From an uncultured Spirochaetota bacterium (GTDB lineage: Bacteria; Spirochaetota; Spirochaetia; SZUA-6; Fen-1364), in contig CAWGAA010000002.1 of NCBI GenBank assembly GCA_963820525.1, positions 640,001 through 704,000 of the forward strand: a stretch of 64,000 bases of DNA, given 5' to 3'. Under the pieces are notes generated by a model. The model had not been told where the DNA came from, did not search any database, and saw nothing but the letters and a program-made list of their open reading frames with translations. The position numbers and the translations under genes were made by a program. Shown piece by piece: positions 38,898-48,736 of the stretch; position 1 is the stretch's first letter; every line of letters starts with the position of its first letter.

Positions 38898-40095
38898 CTA
38901 TATTATTCCCGCCTTCTTTCCCGTTTTTCCCGCAACCTCGAGGATCTTGTCGAGATCGTCATCGGTATGGATGGCCATGTACGAGGTTCGGATGAGGCAG
39001 CTGTCGGGCGGAACGGCCGGGCTCAAGACGGGGTTCGTGAATACCCCGCCCTCGAAGAGGGCCCACCAGAACATGATCGTTTTTTCCATGTCTCCAATGA
39101 TGAGCGGCACGATGGGGGTTTCTGACGGTCCCGACGTTGAAGCCGAGGGACTTGAAACCCTTCACCATCTTGCGGCCTATCGCCTGGAGCCGGTGAACCC
39201 GCTCGGGCTCCTTCTCGATGATGTCCAGCGCGGCGGCGACGGAGGCGATTGTGGCGGGAGGCATGCTGGCCGCGAAGATCAACGGCCGGGAGAAGTGCTT
39301 GATGTACTCGATCACCTCGTTATCCCCGGCGAGAAACCCTCCCAGGGCGCCGAAGGACTTGGAAAAGGTGCACATCACGATGTCGGCCAGGGCCGTGCCG
39401 CTGTAGTACTCCTCCGTGCCCCGGCCCGTATCGCCGATCACCCCGATGGCGTGCGCGTCATCGAGATAGAGCCGCGCCTTGTACTTGTCGCACAGCTCGC
39501 GGAGGGTGGGAAGCTTGGCGATATCGCCCTCCATGCTGAACACCCCGTCGGTGACAACCAGCTTCGGCTCGTCATCCGGCACGCCGGAGAGGAACTTCTC
39601 AAGGCTGGCGGGGTTGTTGTGCGTGTAGCGGTGTACGCGGATGTTCCCCCGCAGCCCCGTGGAGAGGAAAATGCCGTCCATGATCGAAGCGTGATTGAGC
39701 TTGTCCGTGAAGACGTGCTCGCCCTTGCCCAGCAATGCCGAAATACCCCCGAGGTTTGTCTGATAGCCCGTCGTGAAGCAGAGGGCCCGCTTCTTGCCCA
39801 CGAAATGCGCAAGCCTGCCTTCGAGCTCCTCGTGGAGGGCGAGGGTCCCGTTCAGGAACCGGGAGCCCGAGCAGCTCGTTCCCCATTTCCGGGTCGCGGC
39901 AATGGCGGCTTCGATGACGCGGGGGTCCCAGGAAAGGCCGAGGTAGTTGTTCGACCCCGCCATGATGAGCTCCCTGCCCTTCATGACGACGCGAGTCCCG
40001 CGGCTTTCTTCTATTGGTATGAAGTAGGGGTACAGCCCCTTCTCCTGGACTTCCTTCGCCTCGCGCCATTCGTAGCATTTCTGGAAAATATCCAA
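38898..40095 (-). pseudogene. Alpha-oxoamine synthase, serine palmitoyltransferase-like; +1 frameshift near 39131 (likely assembly error)
   Basis: GLYPYF, GSNNYLGL, GSRFLNGT, NHASI, DGVFSMEG, DDAH, TFSKS; removing one G restores GPSETPIVPL and the C-terminal frame; TTG start after aaggagg. Confidence 0.85.
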
Positions 40096-40184
40096 AGCGC
40101 CCTCCTTGTTATGGGGTGTGGGTTCGGAAACAGGCGCTACAGTAATACTACGGGAAAGCGCGCTTTGTAAAGAAGAGCAGCCTT

Positions 40185-40724
40185 TTAATTCGCCTTGAGG
40201 AGCGTCTCGAAGAGGGCGAGGGTTTCCGGCGTGTCCCAATCCCTCCCGCCGACGGCGCGCCCGAGGATGCTTCCATCCTTGGCCACGATGTAGGTGACGG
40301 GGATTGCCTGGGCCCCGTAGGTTTGTCCAATCTCTCCCGTGGCGTCAAGAAGCACGGTAACGTCCATCTTGTTCGATTTCACGAAATCCGCGACCTTTGC
40401 CGTGTCTTCGGCAACGTCGACGGCGAGAACACGCAGGCCCTTCGCCTTGAGTTTTCCATAGAAGCTCTCCAGGGAAGGGATTTCTGCCCTGCACGGAGGG
40501 CACCAGGTGGCCCAGAAGTTGAGGAGAACCACGGACCCGCGAAGTGAGCTGAGCTTCACCGCGCCGCCGTCGAGGCCCGGAAGCTGGAAGTCGGTCGAAT
40601 CGATCCTGGACTTCGGAAGCTGGAAGCCGGCCTTCGCAAGCGTCGCGGAGATATCCGTTGCCGATTGCGCCGACGCAAAGGCCAGAGGCACGGTCATCAC
40701 AAGGGCCAACATTAGCTTTCGCAT
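40185..40724 (-). CDS. TlpA/ResA-like thiol-disulfide oxidoreductase
   Basis: Signal peptide, LNFWATWCPPCRAEIP, IPVT. Confidence 0.93.
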   Translation of the reverse strand: MRKLMLALVMTVPLAFASAQSATDISATLAKAGFQLPKSRIDSTDFQLPGLDGGAVKLSSLRGSVVLLNFWATWCPPCRAEIPSLESFYGKLKAKGLRVLAVDVAEDTAKVADFVKSNKMDVTVLLDATGEIGQTYGAQAIPVTYIVAKDGSILGRAVGGRDWDTPETLALFETLLKAN

Positions 40725-40765
40725 ATATAGTCTCCCCGTTACTTCTCCATTAACGTACAAATTTC

Positions 40766-41455
40766 TCATGTCCTTGGCAACAGGTCCGTGCCGAAGAGGC
40801 TCACGCAGAAGACCGTGAAGTTGTACAAGGCATGGGCGATGGCGACAACGTGGAGATTTTTCACCCTCAGGAAGACAATGGCGAGATAGATGCCCTGGAT
40901 CGCGGTTACCGCGATGCCCGCGATTCCTTCATAGATGTGGCCGCTTGCGAAGAGAAGCGCCGTGGCCGCAACCGAGAGGGCGGCCGGAACCCCGAGCTGA
41001 TCCATGCGCGTGAGCAGGTATGCGCGGAAAAAAAGCTCCTCCCTGTAGCCGGCCACCAGGCCAATCGCAAGGGCGAGGGGGAGCTGGGATGCCCGCTGTA
41101 TGCCCCACCTGTACCCGCCGGTAAGAGCCTCACGGAAGGCGGGGGGAAGGGAGAGCGCGAGAAAGAATATCGGAACCAGGATGGCAAAAATCCCGAGGTA
41201 CGCGGCGAGAATGCGCATCGGATCCTGTTTCGTGAAGCCGACGACGCCGAAATCCGCCAGTTTCGGCTCTCCCTGGATGCCGATGATGTAGAGCGTGAGC
41301 AGGATCTGGGGAATCCCCACGACTATGTAGGAAATCGATACGGCATTGAAGTTGGCCAGCCTCGCGCCGAGATTCTCGGCCTGGCTCACGTAGCCGGAGA
41401 GGAAAAAAGTGCAAAAAAGGAGGGCCATTTCCAGGATGAGCCGGTTTCTCTTCAT
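40766..41455 (-). CDS. CPBP (CAAX/Abi) intramembrane glutamic metalloprotease
   Basis: EELFFR, FASGH and HALYN motifs; multi-TM. Confidence 0.92.
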   Translation of the reverse strand: MKRNRLILEMALLFCTFFLSGYVSQAENLGARLANFNAVSISYIVVGIPQILLTLYIIGIQGEPKLADFGVVGFTKQDPMRILAAYLGIFAILVPIFFLALSLPPAFREALTGGYRWGIQRASQLPLALAIGLVAGYREELFFRAYLLTRMDQLGVPAALSVAATALLFASGHIYEGIAGIAVTAIQGIYLAIVFLRVKNLHVVAIAHALYNFTVFCVSLFGTDLLPRT

Positions 41456-41520
41456 CGATTAAATTTCCTCCGGTTGCTATGGAATTATAGGGTTTTCTGT
41501 TCGATAATTATAGCAGCGAC

Positions 41521-42600
41521 ATGATAATAGGGATCATCCTTCTCGTCATAGTCTTTCTGGCGCTCCTCAGCGTCCTCCTCCTGCGCAGGGCGGGAGGGGG
41601 TCGTTTCCCCTGGATGCAGTTCTACCTCAAGGGAAGGGAATCGGGTTTCACCTTCCGCGAGATCAACCTCCTGCGCCGGGTTGCCGTGGAGGCCAAGCTG
41701 GAGAACCCGACCGCGCTCTTCTGGTCCATCAAGCAGCTGGACCGGTCCATGAAGGGAATCATCATCAAGTACCGGTCCCGCGATCAGGAGCAGAATCCCG
41801 AGTACAATACGCTTCTCGCCAAGCTCTTCGACCTTCGAAAACGCGTCGAATTCGATTTACCCAAATATCGCATGGGGATCAAGTCTTCGCGCAAGCTCAC
41901 CAAAGGACAACGGATCCGCGTCACGCTGCCGGGACTGGGCCCCTTCAATTCGATGGTCGTGGAGAATCTGCCCCGCTACATGGCCTGCTCCCATCCCCAG
42001 GGACCGAAGCTTCCGCTGGGCTTCTCCTGGAAGAACCAGAAGATCGGCATCTACTTCTGGCGTCCCGAGGACGCTGGCTACTACTTCCAGGCCAAGGTGC
42101 TGGATGATTTCATCGACAAGCAATACCCCATCCTCCACATTCTCCACTCGGACAACCTCATCAGGAGCCAGAAGCGGCAGTCGATCAGGGTCGAGACCGA
42201 TTTGCCGGCGGAGCTCTACCCCCTGCGCAGCATCGACGAGGCCAACGAGGAGACGGAGCACGCCCGGGGCCTGCGGTGCCGCATCGCGGACCTCTCCGAG
42301 GGCGGGGCCGCGATCCTCATCGGCGGAAAGGCGAAGGTCGGGCTCCCAATAAAGTTCCAGTTCACGATCACGGAGAGCCTCATCGTCATGGCGGGGGTGG
42401 TGAAGGGGGTGAACTTCGAACAGAAGAGAAACCGCTCCCTGGTCCACGTGCAGGCGCTCCCTCCGTCCATCGGGGTGAGAAACCGGCTGCTCATCTACGT
42501 CTACAACCTCTTCGCCGAACGCGAAACCCTCGTGCTGAAGAAGCCGCCCGCGCCTCCCAAGCCTCTGGGAACCAGGGACTCGACCATCGATTTGAAGTGA
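41521..42600 (+). CDS. Membrane-anchored PilZ domain protein (c-di-GMP receptor, YcgR-like)
   Basis: N-terminal TM; RxxxR (RQSIR) and DxSxxG (DLSEGG). Confidence 0.85.
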   Translation: MIIGIILLVIVFLALLSVLLLRRAGGGRFPWMQFYLKGRESGFTFREINLLRRVAVEAKLENPTALFWSIKQLDRSMKGIIIKYRSRDQEQNPEYNTLLAKLFDLRKRVEFDLPKYRMGIKSSRKLTKGQRIRVTLPGLGPFNSMVVENLPRYMACSHPQGPKLPLGFSWKNQKIGIYFWRPEDAGYYFQAKVLDDFIDKQYPILHILHSDNLIRSQKRQSIRVETDLPAELYPLRSIDEANEETEHARGLRCRIADLSEGGAAILIGGKAKVGLPIKFQFTITESLIVMAGVVKGVNFEQKRNRSLVHVQALPPSIGVRNRLLIYVYNLFAERETLVLKKPPAPPKPLGTRDSTIDLK

Positions 42601-42608
42601 CGCGCGGC

Positions 42609-42637
42609 TTGAAATCGAGCCCGACTCCCTGTACGAT
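42609..42637 (+). promoter_or_regulatory. Sigma70-type promoter
   Basis: TTGAAA-17 nt-TACGAT upstream of RBS aggagg. Confidence 0.5.
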
Positions 42638-42675
42638 GGGGAGTACACGCATCCCGCGCCAGGAGGATTAGGGGA

Positions 42676-43863
42676 ATGAGACGCACCGTCGCCATTTTCG
42701 GCCTACTCTGCATCGTCGCCCTCGTGTCCGAGGCACAGGACTCTCAGAAGGTGCTGGACGCGTTCAAGCGCAACTTCGCCATCGCCAGCCTCGACGTGAA
42801 GATCCAGATCATCCAGGATGCCGCGGCCAGCAAGAGCGCCTCCGACATGGGGTCCCTGTACCATGCGGCGGTGGATTTCGTCATCGACAACGGCTCCCTC
42901 ATCCCCACGGATTCCCGTTTCAACCAGCTTGCATCCGTCGCGGCGGACCAGATCGCCGCCGCATCCTACCAGCCCGCCAAGTACTCCCTGTGGAAGCTGT
43001 TCCAGACCGACCCCGATACCATCCTTCGCGCCCATATCGCCGCCGCCCTCGGAGTGGTGGGAGCGGGCGACGCCGAGATCGTCCAGGACCTCACCAAGTT
43101 CCTCGACGCGGCGAACTCCAGCTTCGCGGCCGGCGCCAAGCCGGACCTCCAGGTGATCGGCGCCGTCGTCGGGTCCCTGGGCAAGCTGGCGGATCCCTCG
43201 TCCTTCCCGATCCTCTTCACCGCGATGAATCTGGGCTACTCGGACCAGATATCGGCGGGGGCCAAGGACGCGCTTCTCGCCGTGAAAGGGGACATGAAGG
43301 ACCTGTTCATCGGCATCATCAAGTCCGGGCCCATACCGGAGAAACAGAAGGCGCTCACCATGGCCCTGGGAATGGATCGGCTGTCCGCGGACCAGAAGGG
43401 GCAGGTTGCCGAGTACGCGCTGGACGTGGCGCTGCACACGGGCGCCGCGGACGCCCCGGGAAAGGGCGCCCTGCGCGGCATGCGCTTCACGGCGGCCCGG
43501 GCCCTGAAGGACATGAAGCGCTCCTCGGCCACGCCCCTTCTGATCGAGCACATCGACATGACCATCATGGAGTTCGATCGGGGCCTCACCGACAAGAGCA
43601 ACCTGCTGGAAGCTATTGCTTCCCTGGGCGCGATGGGAAGCCATGAGGCCGCCGTGCGGCTCACGCAGTACCTGGTCCTCATCAATTCGTACACGGAAAA
43701 GGGCAGGGGATACGACGAGCAGGTGGTGCTCACCGTGCTGGACAACCTGGGGAATCTCGGCGACAAGGTGGGATTCGACGACCTGATGTATACCCAATAC
43801 CTCAACTATTCGGCCGCCGTAAAGAAGTCGGCCCGCTCCGCGCTGGAAAAGCTCAAATGGTAG
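42676..43863 (+). CDS. Exported HEAT-repeat protein
   Basis: Signal peptide; repeated helical units such as AAALGVVG, SLGKLADP, ASLGAMG, NLGNLGD. Confidence 0.7.
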   Translation: MRRTVAIFGLLCIVALVSEAQDSQKVLDAFKRNFAIASLDVKIQIIQDAAASKSASDMGSLYHAAVDFVIDNGSLIPTDSRFNQLASVAADQIAAASYQPAKYSLWKLFQTDPDTILRAHIAAALGVVGAGDAEIVQDLTKFLDAANSSFAAGAKPDLQVIGAVVGSLGKLADPSSFPILFTAMNLGYSDQISAGAKDALLAVKGDMKDLFIGIIKSGPIPEKQKALTMALGMDRLSADQKGQVAEYALDVALHTGAADAPGKGALRGMRFTAARALKDMKRSSATPLLIEHIDMTIMEFDRGLTDKSNLLEAIASLGAMGSHEAAVRLTQYLVLINSYTEKGRGYDEQVVLTVLDNLGNLGDKVGFDDLMYTQYLNYSAAVKKSARSALEKLKW

Positions 43864-43906
43864 GAGGGGCGGCGCGCCGGCAATCGCGCGCCGGCTCTCC
43901 AAGGCG

Positions 43907-45397
43907 ATGATCCGCCGTCACGTTTCCGCAGCTCTGGTCGCTTTCACCGCCGTGCTGGCAACGTGCCTCGCCCGTCCCCTGTTTGCGGGCGCTCCCGAGC
44001 TCGTTCTCCTGCCGGCCGCCGCGGCCGCTTCCCTGGCCATCGTTCTCCTCGGATCCGAGCCCGAGAGGGTCAGGCGTGCGGGAGTCCTTGCTTTCGGCGC
44101 ATGCGCGGGGCTTGTCCTTGGATTCGTGCTGCTTCAGCGCATGGAGATCGGGCAGCTTCGCTCTGCGCCCCCGATGAGCCTTTCGCAGATATCCCGCTTC
44201 GCCGGCTCCCTCAGGCAGGACAGCGTGCTTTCCCGCGATTCAAGGACGCTCCTTCGCGTTTCTCTCTCCAGCGCCTCCTCCCGGATGGGGGTGACAGCTT
44301 CCGCCCGCGGGAATGCCCTGGTTGTGATGGAAGGAGACTACCGCTTCTCCCTGGGGCAGGAACTGGAGTTCCACTCGACCCTGAAGCCGTTTTCCGGGGA
44401 GGGGAGCGAATCGTACGTTTCGTTCGTCAGGCGCGACGAGGTACGGTCCATGGGATATTCCCGTGCCCTCTGGGCCGGGCGCGCGCGTCTCCGGGAAGAG
44501 GCCCACAATGCCTTGAGCCGTCTCGGGTTTCCGGCTTCCGCCCTCCTGGAGGCGCTCCTGTTGGGAAGCAGGGAGGACATTCCGGCGGATCTCGCCGACG
44601 GATTCAGGAAAACGGGAAGTCTTCATATCCTGGCCCTCTCTGGTCTTCATGCGGGCATCGTCTACGCTTTTATCGCGTTCCTGCTCCGAGCTTTGAAAAA
44701 CAGGACGGTGAAATTCCTCCTTGCAACCGCGGTCCTCGCCTTCTACCAGTTCCTTGCCGGGCCCATCCCATCGCTTGTACGCGCGACGCTGATGCTCGTG
44801 ACGGCGGGCATCGCGCTTCTCCTGGACCGGGACGCGGAGCCGCTCAACCTCCTTTCCATTGCAGGATTGCTCATCCTCGTCATGGGCCCGTACCAGGCAT
44901 GGAGCCTTTCCTTCCAGCTTTCGCTGCTCGCCATGCTGGGGATCCTTGCGGTTTCACCGCTTCTCTCCAGGCCCTTTCAGGGGCGGCTGCCCCCGGTGCT
45001 TCTCTCGCCGCTCGCCATGGCGGCCTCGGCTCAGCTTGCCACGCTGCCCATTGCTGTCCTGGCCTTCGGCGTCTACTACCCATCGGGGCTTCTCGCGGGG
45101 CTCGCCCTCGTGCCCCTGACAACGATCCTGTTGTGGATAGGGCTTCTCTGGCTCGTTCTCTCGCCGATCTTCGGGCCGGCGCTTCAAGGCGCGGCGGGCT
45201 GGGCCGCCAACGGCGTGTACGCTCTCGTCTCTGAGACGGCGCGGTTCTTCTCCGCGGTTCCTGGAATCTCCGTGGCAGAGGATGCGGCGCCCTGGGTGGC
45301 GGGCATCTCCGCCCTGGCCCTGCTGGCTTTCTGCATTTTTCCCCTGGCGCATGCGAGGAAACGCGCGGCAATCCGGCTGGAGCGCGCCGCATCGTGA
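43907..45397 (+). CDS. comEC: ComEC/Rec2 competence membrane protein (no C-terminal MBL domain)
   Basis: ALLLG, FRKTGSLHILALSGLH, SLVRA, SFQLS; multi-TM. Confidence 0.88.
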   Translation: MIRRHVSAALVAFTAVLATCLARPLFAGAPELVLLPAAAAASLAIVLLGSEPERVRRAGVLAFGACAGLVLGFVLLQRMEIGQLRSAPPMSLSQISRFAGSLRQDSVLSRDSRTLLRVSLSSASSRMGVTASARGNALVVMEGDYRFSLGQELEFHSTLKPFSGEGSESYVSFVRRDEVRSMGYSRALWAGRARLREEAHNALSRLGFPASALLEALLLGSREDIPADLADGFRKTGSLHILALSGLHAGIVYAFIAFLLRALKNRTVKFLLATAVLAFYQFLAGPIPSLVRATLMLVTAGIALLLDRDAEPLNLLSIAGLLILVMGPYQAWSLSFQLSLLAMLGILAVSPLLSRPFQGRLPPVLLSPLAMAASAQLATLPIAVLAFGVYYPSGLLAGLALVPLTTILLWIGLLWLVLSPIFGPALQGAAGWAANGVYALVSETARFFSAVPGISVAEDAAPWVAGISALALLAFCIFPLAHARKRAAIRLERAAS

Positions 45398-46251
45398 TCC
45401 GGATCAATCCCGATTCGCCCAATGCCATCCGCGAAGCCCTGGACTCGATGGGCATTGCGCTGAAAAAGCGGTGGGGACAGAACTTCCTGGTCAACCGCGG
45501 GGCGCGGGAAAGGATCCTGTCGGCCCTTGCGGCGGGCCCAAAAGACCTTGTCTGGGAGATCGGGCCCGGGCTCGGGGCAATGACGGAAGCCCTCCTGTCG
45601 CGGGGAAACCGGGTCGTGGCCTTCGAGATTGACAGGGGCCTGTGCCGCTACCTTCTGGAAGCCTTCCAGGGGGAAAAGGGTTTCACCCTCGTGCAGGGGG
45701 ATTTCCTGAAGACCTGGAAGCCCGCCGCTGAATCAGGACGTCCCGACCGCATTCTGGGCAATCTTCCCTATAGGAGCGCTTCGCTGATGATCGCCTCTCT
45801 GGTCTCGGGGGGGCTTGGGGCGCGGAGCATGGTCTTCACCGTGCAGAAAGAGCTGGCACAGAGAATGGCCGCGCGGCCGGCAACCAAGGACTTCTCCTCG
45901 TTCACGGTCCTCTGCCGCGCCGGCTTCGAGGTGATCGATCGGGGGGATTTGAAGGCGGGCAGCTTCTTCCCGGCGCCGCAGGTTGTCTCTTCCGTGATCG
46001 AGCTTGCGCCTCGCGCCGGCGGCCCCGCGGTCCGCGACTGGGCATTGCTCTCGGATCTGGCGCGGGCCCTGTTTGCCTCGCGCAGGAAGACACTGCGGAA
46101 CAATCTCCTGGCGAGCCCCCTGTGCAGGCGCTATCCCGCAGAGGCAGTGCTTTCCGCGCTGGCAAGGGAGGGCATCGATCCGGGGATGCGGGCCGAAGAG
46201 CTCGAGCCGGAAATATTCGTGAGAATCGCCCAAGGGCTGGCGGATCTCTAG
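45394..46251 (+). CDS. rsmA: 16S rRNA m6,2A dimethyltransferase
   Basis: KRWGQNFL, EIGPGLG, GNLPY, FFPAPQV, RRKTLRN. Confidence 0.96.
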   Translation: MIRINPDSPNAIREALDSMGIALKKRWGQNFLVNRGARERILSALAAGPKDLVWEIGPGLGAMTEALLSRGNRVVAFEIDRGLCRYLLEAFQGEKGFTLVQGDFLKTWKPAAESGRPDRILGNLPYRSASLMIASLVSGGLGARSMVFTVQKELAQRMAARPATKDFSSFTVLCRAGFEVIDRGDLKAGSFFPAPQVVSSVIELAPRAGGPAVRDWALLSDLARALFASRRKTLRNNLLASPLCRRYPAEAVLSALAREGIDPGMRAEELEPEIFVRIAQGLADL

Positions 46252-47126
46252 AGAATCGAAAGCTCCCTGAGCGTGGAAGCCAGAGACTCCCTGTTCTTCG
46301 GCGTCATGGGGCACATGGGAAGACGGTAGGATTCCGCCATCATCCCCTTCATGGCCATGGCGGCCTTGATGGGAATGGGGTTGGTTTCGATGAACAACGC
46401 CTTGAACAGGGGGAGAAGCTCGTAGTGCATCTTACGGGCCGCTTCCCAGTCTCCCTTTCGCGCCGCGCCGACAAACCTCGCCATCCTGTCCGGCACGAGG
46501 TTGCTCGCCACCGAGATGACGCCTTCCCCGCCCAAGGCCATGAGGGAGAAAACCAGGTTGTCGTCGCCCGAGAGCACGACGAAGTTCTTCGGCCTGGCCC
46601 TGATGAGTTCCATGACCTGGCCGATGTCGCCGCTTGCTTCCTTGACGCCGGCGATGTTCTTGTGCTGCGCAAGCTGGAGCATCGTCGCGTTGTCGATGTT
46701 CTTGCCGGTACGGCTGGCGATGTTATAGACGATGAGCGGAATGTCCACCGCGTCAGCGATGGCGCGGAAGTGGCCCAGGAAGCCTTCGCTCGTCGGCTTG
46801 TTGTAGTAGGGCGCCACCTGGAGCGTCGCGTCGGCTCCAACCTCCTTGGCGTCCCTGCTGTATTCGATGGCTTCGCTCGTGCAGTTGGATCCCGCCCCCG
46901 CGACTACCGGGACCCGGCCGCGCGCCTGCTCGACGACGATCTGGATGACCCTCTTGCACTCCTCTCCACTGAGGGTGGGGCTCTCTCCCGTAGTGCCGAT
47001 GGGAACCAGGCCGTCCACGCCGCCGTCGATCTGGAAATCGACCAGCCGCCGCAGGGCCTTCTCGTCGACGGCGCCGGCTTCCGTCATTGGCGTGACGAGC
47101 GCCGTGAACACACCGTGAAGCTCCAT
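46248..47126 (-). CDS. dapA: 4-hydroxy-tetrahydrodipicolinate synthase
   Basis: GTTGES, PYYNKP, YNIASRT, GVKEASG, LSGDD, ETNPIP. Confidence 0.96.
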   Translation of the reverse strand: MELHGVFTALVTPMTEAGAVDEKALRRLVDFQIDGGVDGLVPIGTTGESPTLSGEECKRVIQIVVEQARGRVPVVAGAGSNCTSEAIEYSRDAKEVGADATLQVAPYYNKPTSEGFLGHFRAIADAVDIPLIVYNIASRTGKNIDNATMLQLAQHKNIAGVKEASGDIGQVMELIRARPKNFVVLSGDDNLVFSLMALGGEGVISVASNLVPDRMARFVGAARKGDWEAARKMHYELLPLFKALFIETNPIPIKAAMAMKGMMAESYRLPMCPMTPKNRESLASTLRELSIL

Positions 47127-47881
47127 TACTCACTCCTTCCGAGGATGTCCTTGATGAAGTCGCTCACTTCGAAGATCCCCTTCTTCGGGGCAAGCCATTC
47201 GGCTGCCCGCACGGCCCCGAGGGCGAACCCCCCCCGGCTCCGCGCCGTATGGGTGAGCTCGATGGTGTCATAGGTCGAATCGAAGAGGACCGTGTGGGTC
47301 CCGGGAAACTCCCCGCCGCGCACGGAGGCGAAGTGAAGCTCGTTTTCCTTGATCGCCCGGTCGAGCTTTTCCGTGACGAGATCCTTCTTCCGCGGGTGCT
47401 TGGCCCCGATGATCTTGGCGATCGACAGCGCGGTGCCCGACGGGGAATCCTTCTTGCGCTTGTGATGGATCTCGTAGCCCAGGACGTCGTATTCGGGCGA
47501 GGGGGCGGCCAGTTCGCAGGCGGCGGCCACCAGGGCGAAGTAGATGTGCGCTCCGATGGAGAAGTTGCTTCCATAGAGGTACCCGATTGGGGAGCCTTCG
47601 AGGAGGCGTTCGAGCTCGTCGAGCTTCCCGTACCAGCCTGTCGTGCCGTTGACGGCCGGCAGGCGGAAGCGGGCGTAGATTCCGGCGTTGGCCAGCACCG
47701 AGTCCGCCGTCGAAAACTCGATGGCGATGTCGGTTTTCCCCGCGATCTCTTTCGTGAGGGAAGGGGCGTCCGCTCCTCCTTGAACCGGGTCTATCCTGGC
47801 CGAAACGCCGTGCCCCCGCTGAAGGAGGATCTTCTCCACTTCCTTGCCCATGCCTCCATATCCGACGATAGCCACTCTCAT
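47126..47881 (-). CDS. dapB: 4-hydroxy-tetrahydrodipicolinate reductase
   Basis: GYGGMG, GTTG, NFSIG, EIHHKRKKDSPSGTA. Confidence 0.96.
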   Translation of the reverse strand: MRVAIVGYGGMGKEVEKILLQRGHGVSARIDPVQGGADAPSLTKEIAGKTDIAIEFSTADSVLANAGIYARFRLPAVNGTTGWYGKLDELERLLEGSPIGYLYGSNFSIGAHIYFALVAAACELAAPSPEYDVLGYEIHHKRKKDSPSGTALSIAKIIGAKHPRKKDLVTEKLDRAIKENELHFASVRGGEFPGTHTVLFDSTYDTIELTHTARSRGGFALGAVRAAEWLAPKKGIFEVSDFIKDILGRSE

Positions 47882-47889
47882 ACCTGGGG

Positions 47890-47918
47890 ATAATACGGGG
47901 AGTTGAAGGAAGGTTCAA
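47890..47918 (-). promoter_or_regulatory. dapB promoter (near-leaderless transcript)
   Basis: TTGAAC-17 nt-TATTAT, 8 nt before the ATG. Confidence 0.6.
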
Positions 47919-48007
47919 GTATCTTTCTGCATGGCCTGCATATTTTTTCATTTTCAAAGCCTTTTCCCCCCGCCGGATTCAGGTTATGATGCCGGTAAGG
48001 AGGCTCC

Positions 48008-48724
48008 ATGGGCAGGGTCGTCTGCTTCTCACGATCGACGGCTTTTCGCGAGCTTCTCGGAGGGCTGGGAGGCGACGAGGTCATCTTTCTGGAGAGCATG
48101 AGGGAGTTTGCCGCCGCCCTGGTGGAGGGCGGGGGCATCGTCTGCGCCCTTGTCCATCTGCGCACGCCGGATGACGCCTGGATCCGGCTCCTTTCCTCTG
48201 CCAAGGCCAGTTTCCCCTTTCTCGACATGGCGCTCGTTCTGGAAGAAGGGGGGATAACCGGGACGAGCTTCGCGTCTCTGTTTCGAGGAGACCCCGCCGA
48301 GGATAGGCTCTTCGGTGAGATCGTCCGGCATATCCAATCTCTGGAGTGCCGGGACAAGCGGGGCAAGCAGCGTTTCGACTGGCCTCTTGAAGGAACTCTC
48401 CATATCGTGGACGGATCGCAGGCGAGCTATAAGGTGCGCTCGATAAGCGCCAGCGGCGCCTTCCTGGAAGTATCCCAGGACCACCCGCGGCCGGGAATGA
48501 GGGGCATGCTCAGCATCAGGTTCCAGGACTTCTCGGTCTGGACGAGCGTGGAGATTCTCCCCGCCAGGTCGCAGACGGGAAGCCTGCCGGAGGGATTCGG
48601 CGTGAGGTTCATCGACCTCACGGAAGGCTCTCAGAGGGTGATCGACCGTCTCGTTCAAGACGAGCTCCTCCGCCAGCTCATCGAGCCGGATGGCCCGCTT
48701 CGGCCGCCGGCAATCGCCCCCTGA
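48008..48724 (+). CDS. PilZ domain protein with degenerate receiver-like N-terminus
   Basis: RGKQRFD (RxxxR), SISASG, GFGVRF in the C-terminal half. Confidence 0.72.
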   Translation: MGRVVCFSRSTAFRELLGGLGGDEVIFLESMREFAAALVEGGGIVCALVHLRTPDDAWIRLLSSAKASFPFLDMALVLEEGGITGTSFASLFRGDPAEDRLFGEIVRHIQSLECRDKRGKQRFDWPLEGTLHIVDGSQASYKVRSISASGAFLEVSQDHPRPGMRGMLSIRFQDFSVWTSVEILPARSQTGSLPEGFGVRFIDLTEGSQRVIDRLVQDELLRQLIEPDGPLRPPAIAP

Positions 48725-48736
48725 GGCGTCTCGCGC

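Noticed and set aside
40766..41455. CAAX/Abi protease as a phage-defence or bacteriocin-immunity gene
   Set aside because: It sits in a housekeeping context (TlpA, PilZ, comEC, rsmA) with no bacteriocin or defence neighbours.
47885..48000. Lysine riboswitch upstream of dapB-dapA
   Set aside because: The intergenic region is too short, the promoter abuts the start codon, and no L-box consensus is present.
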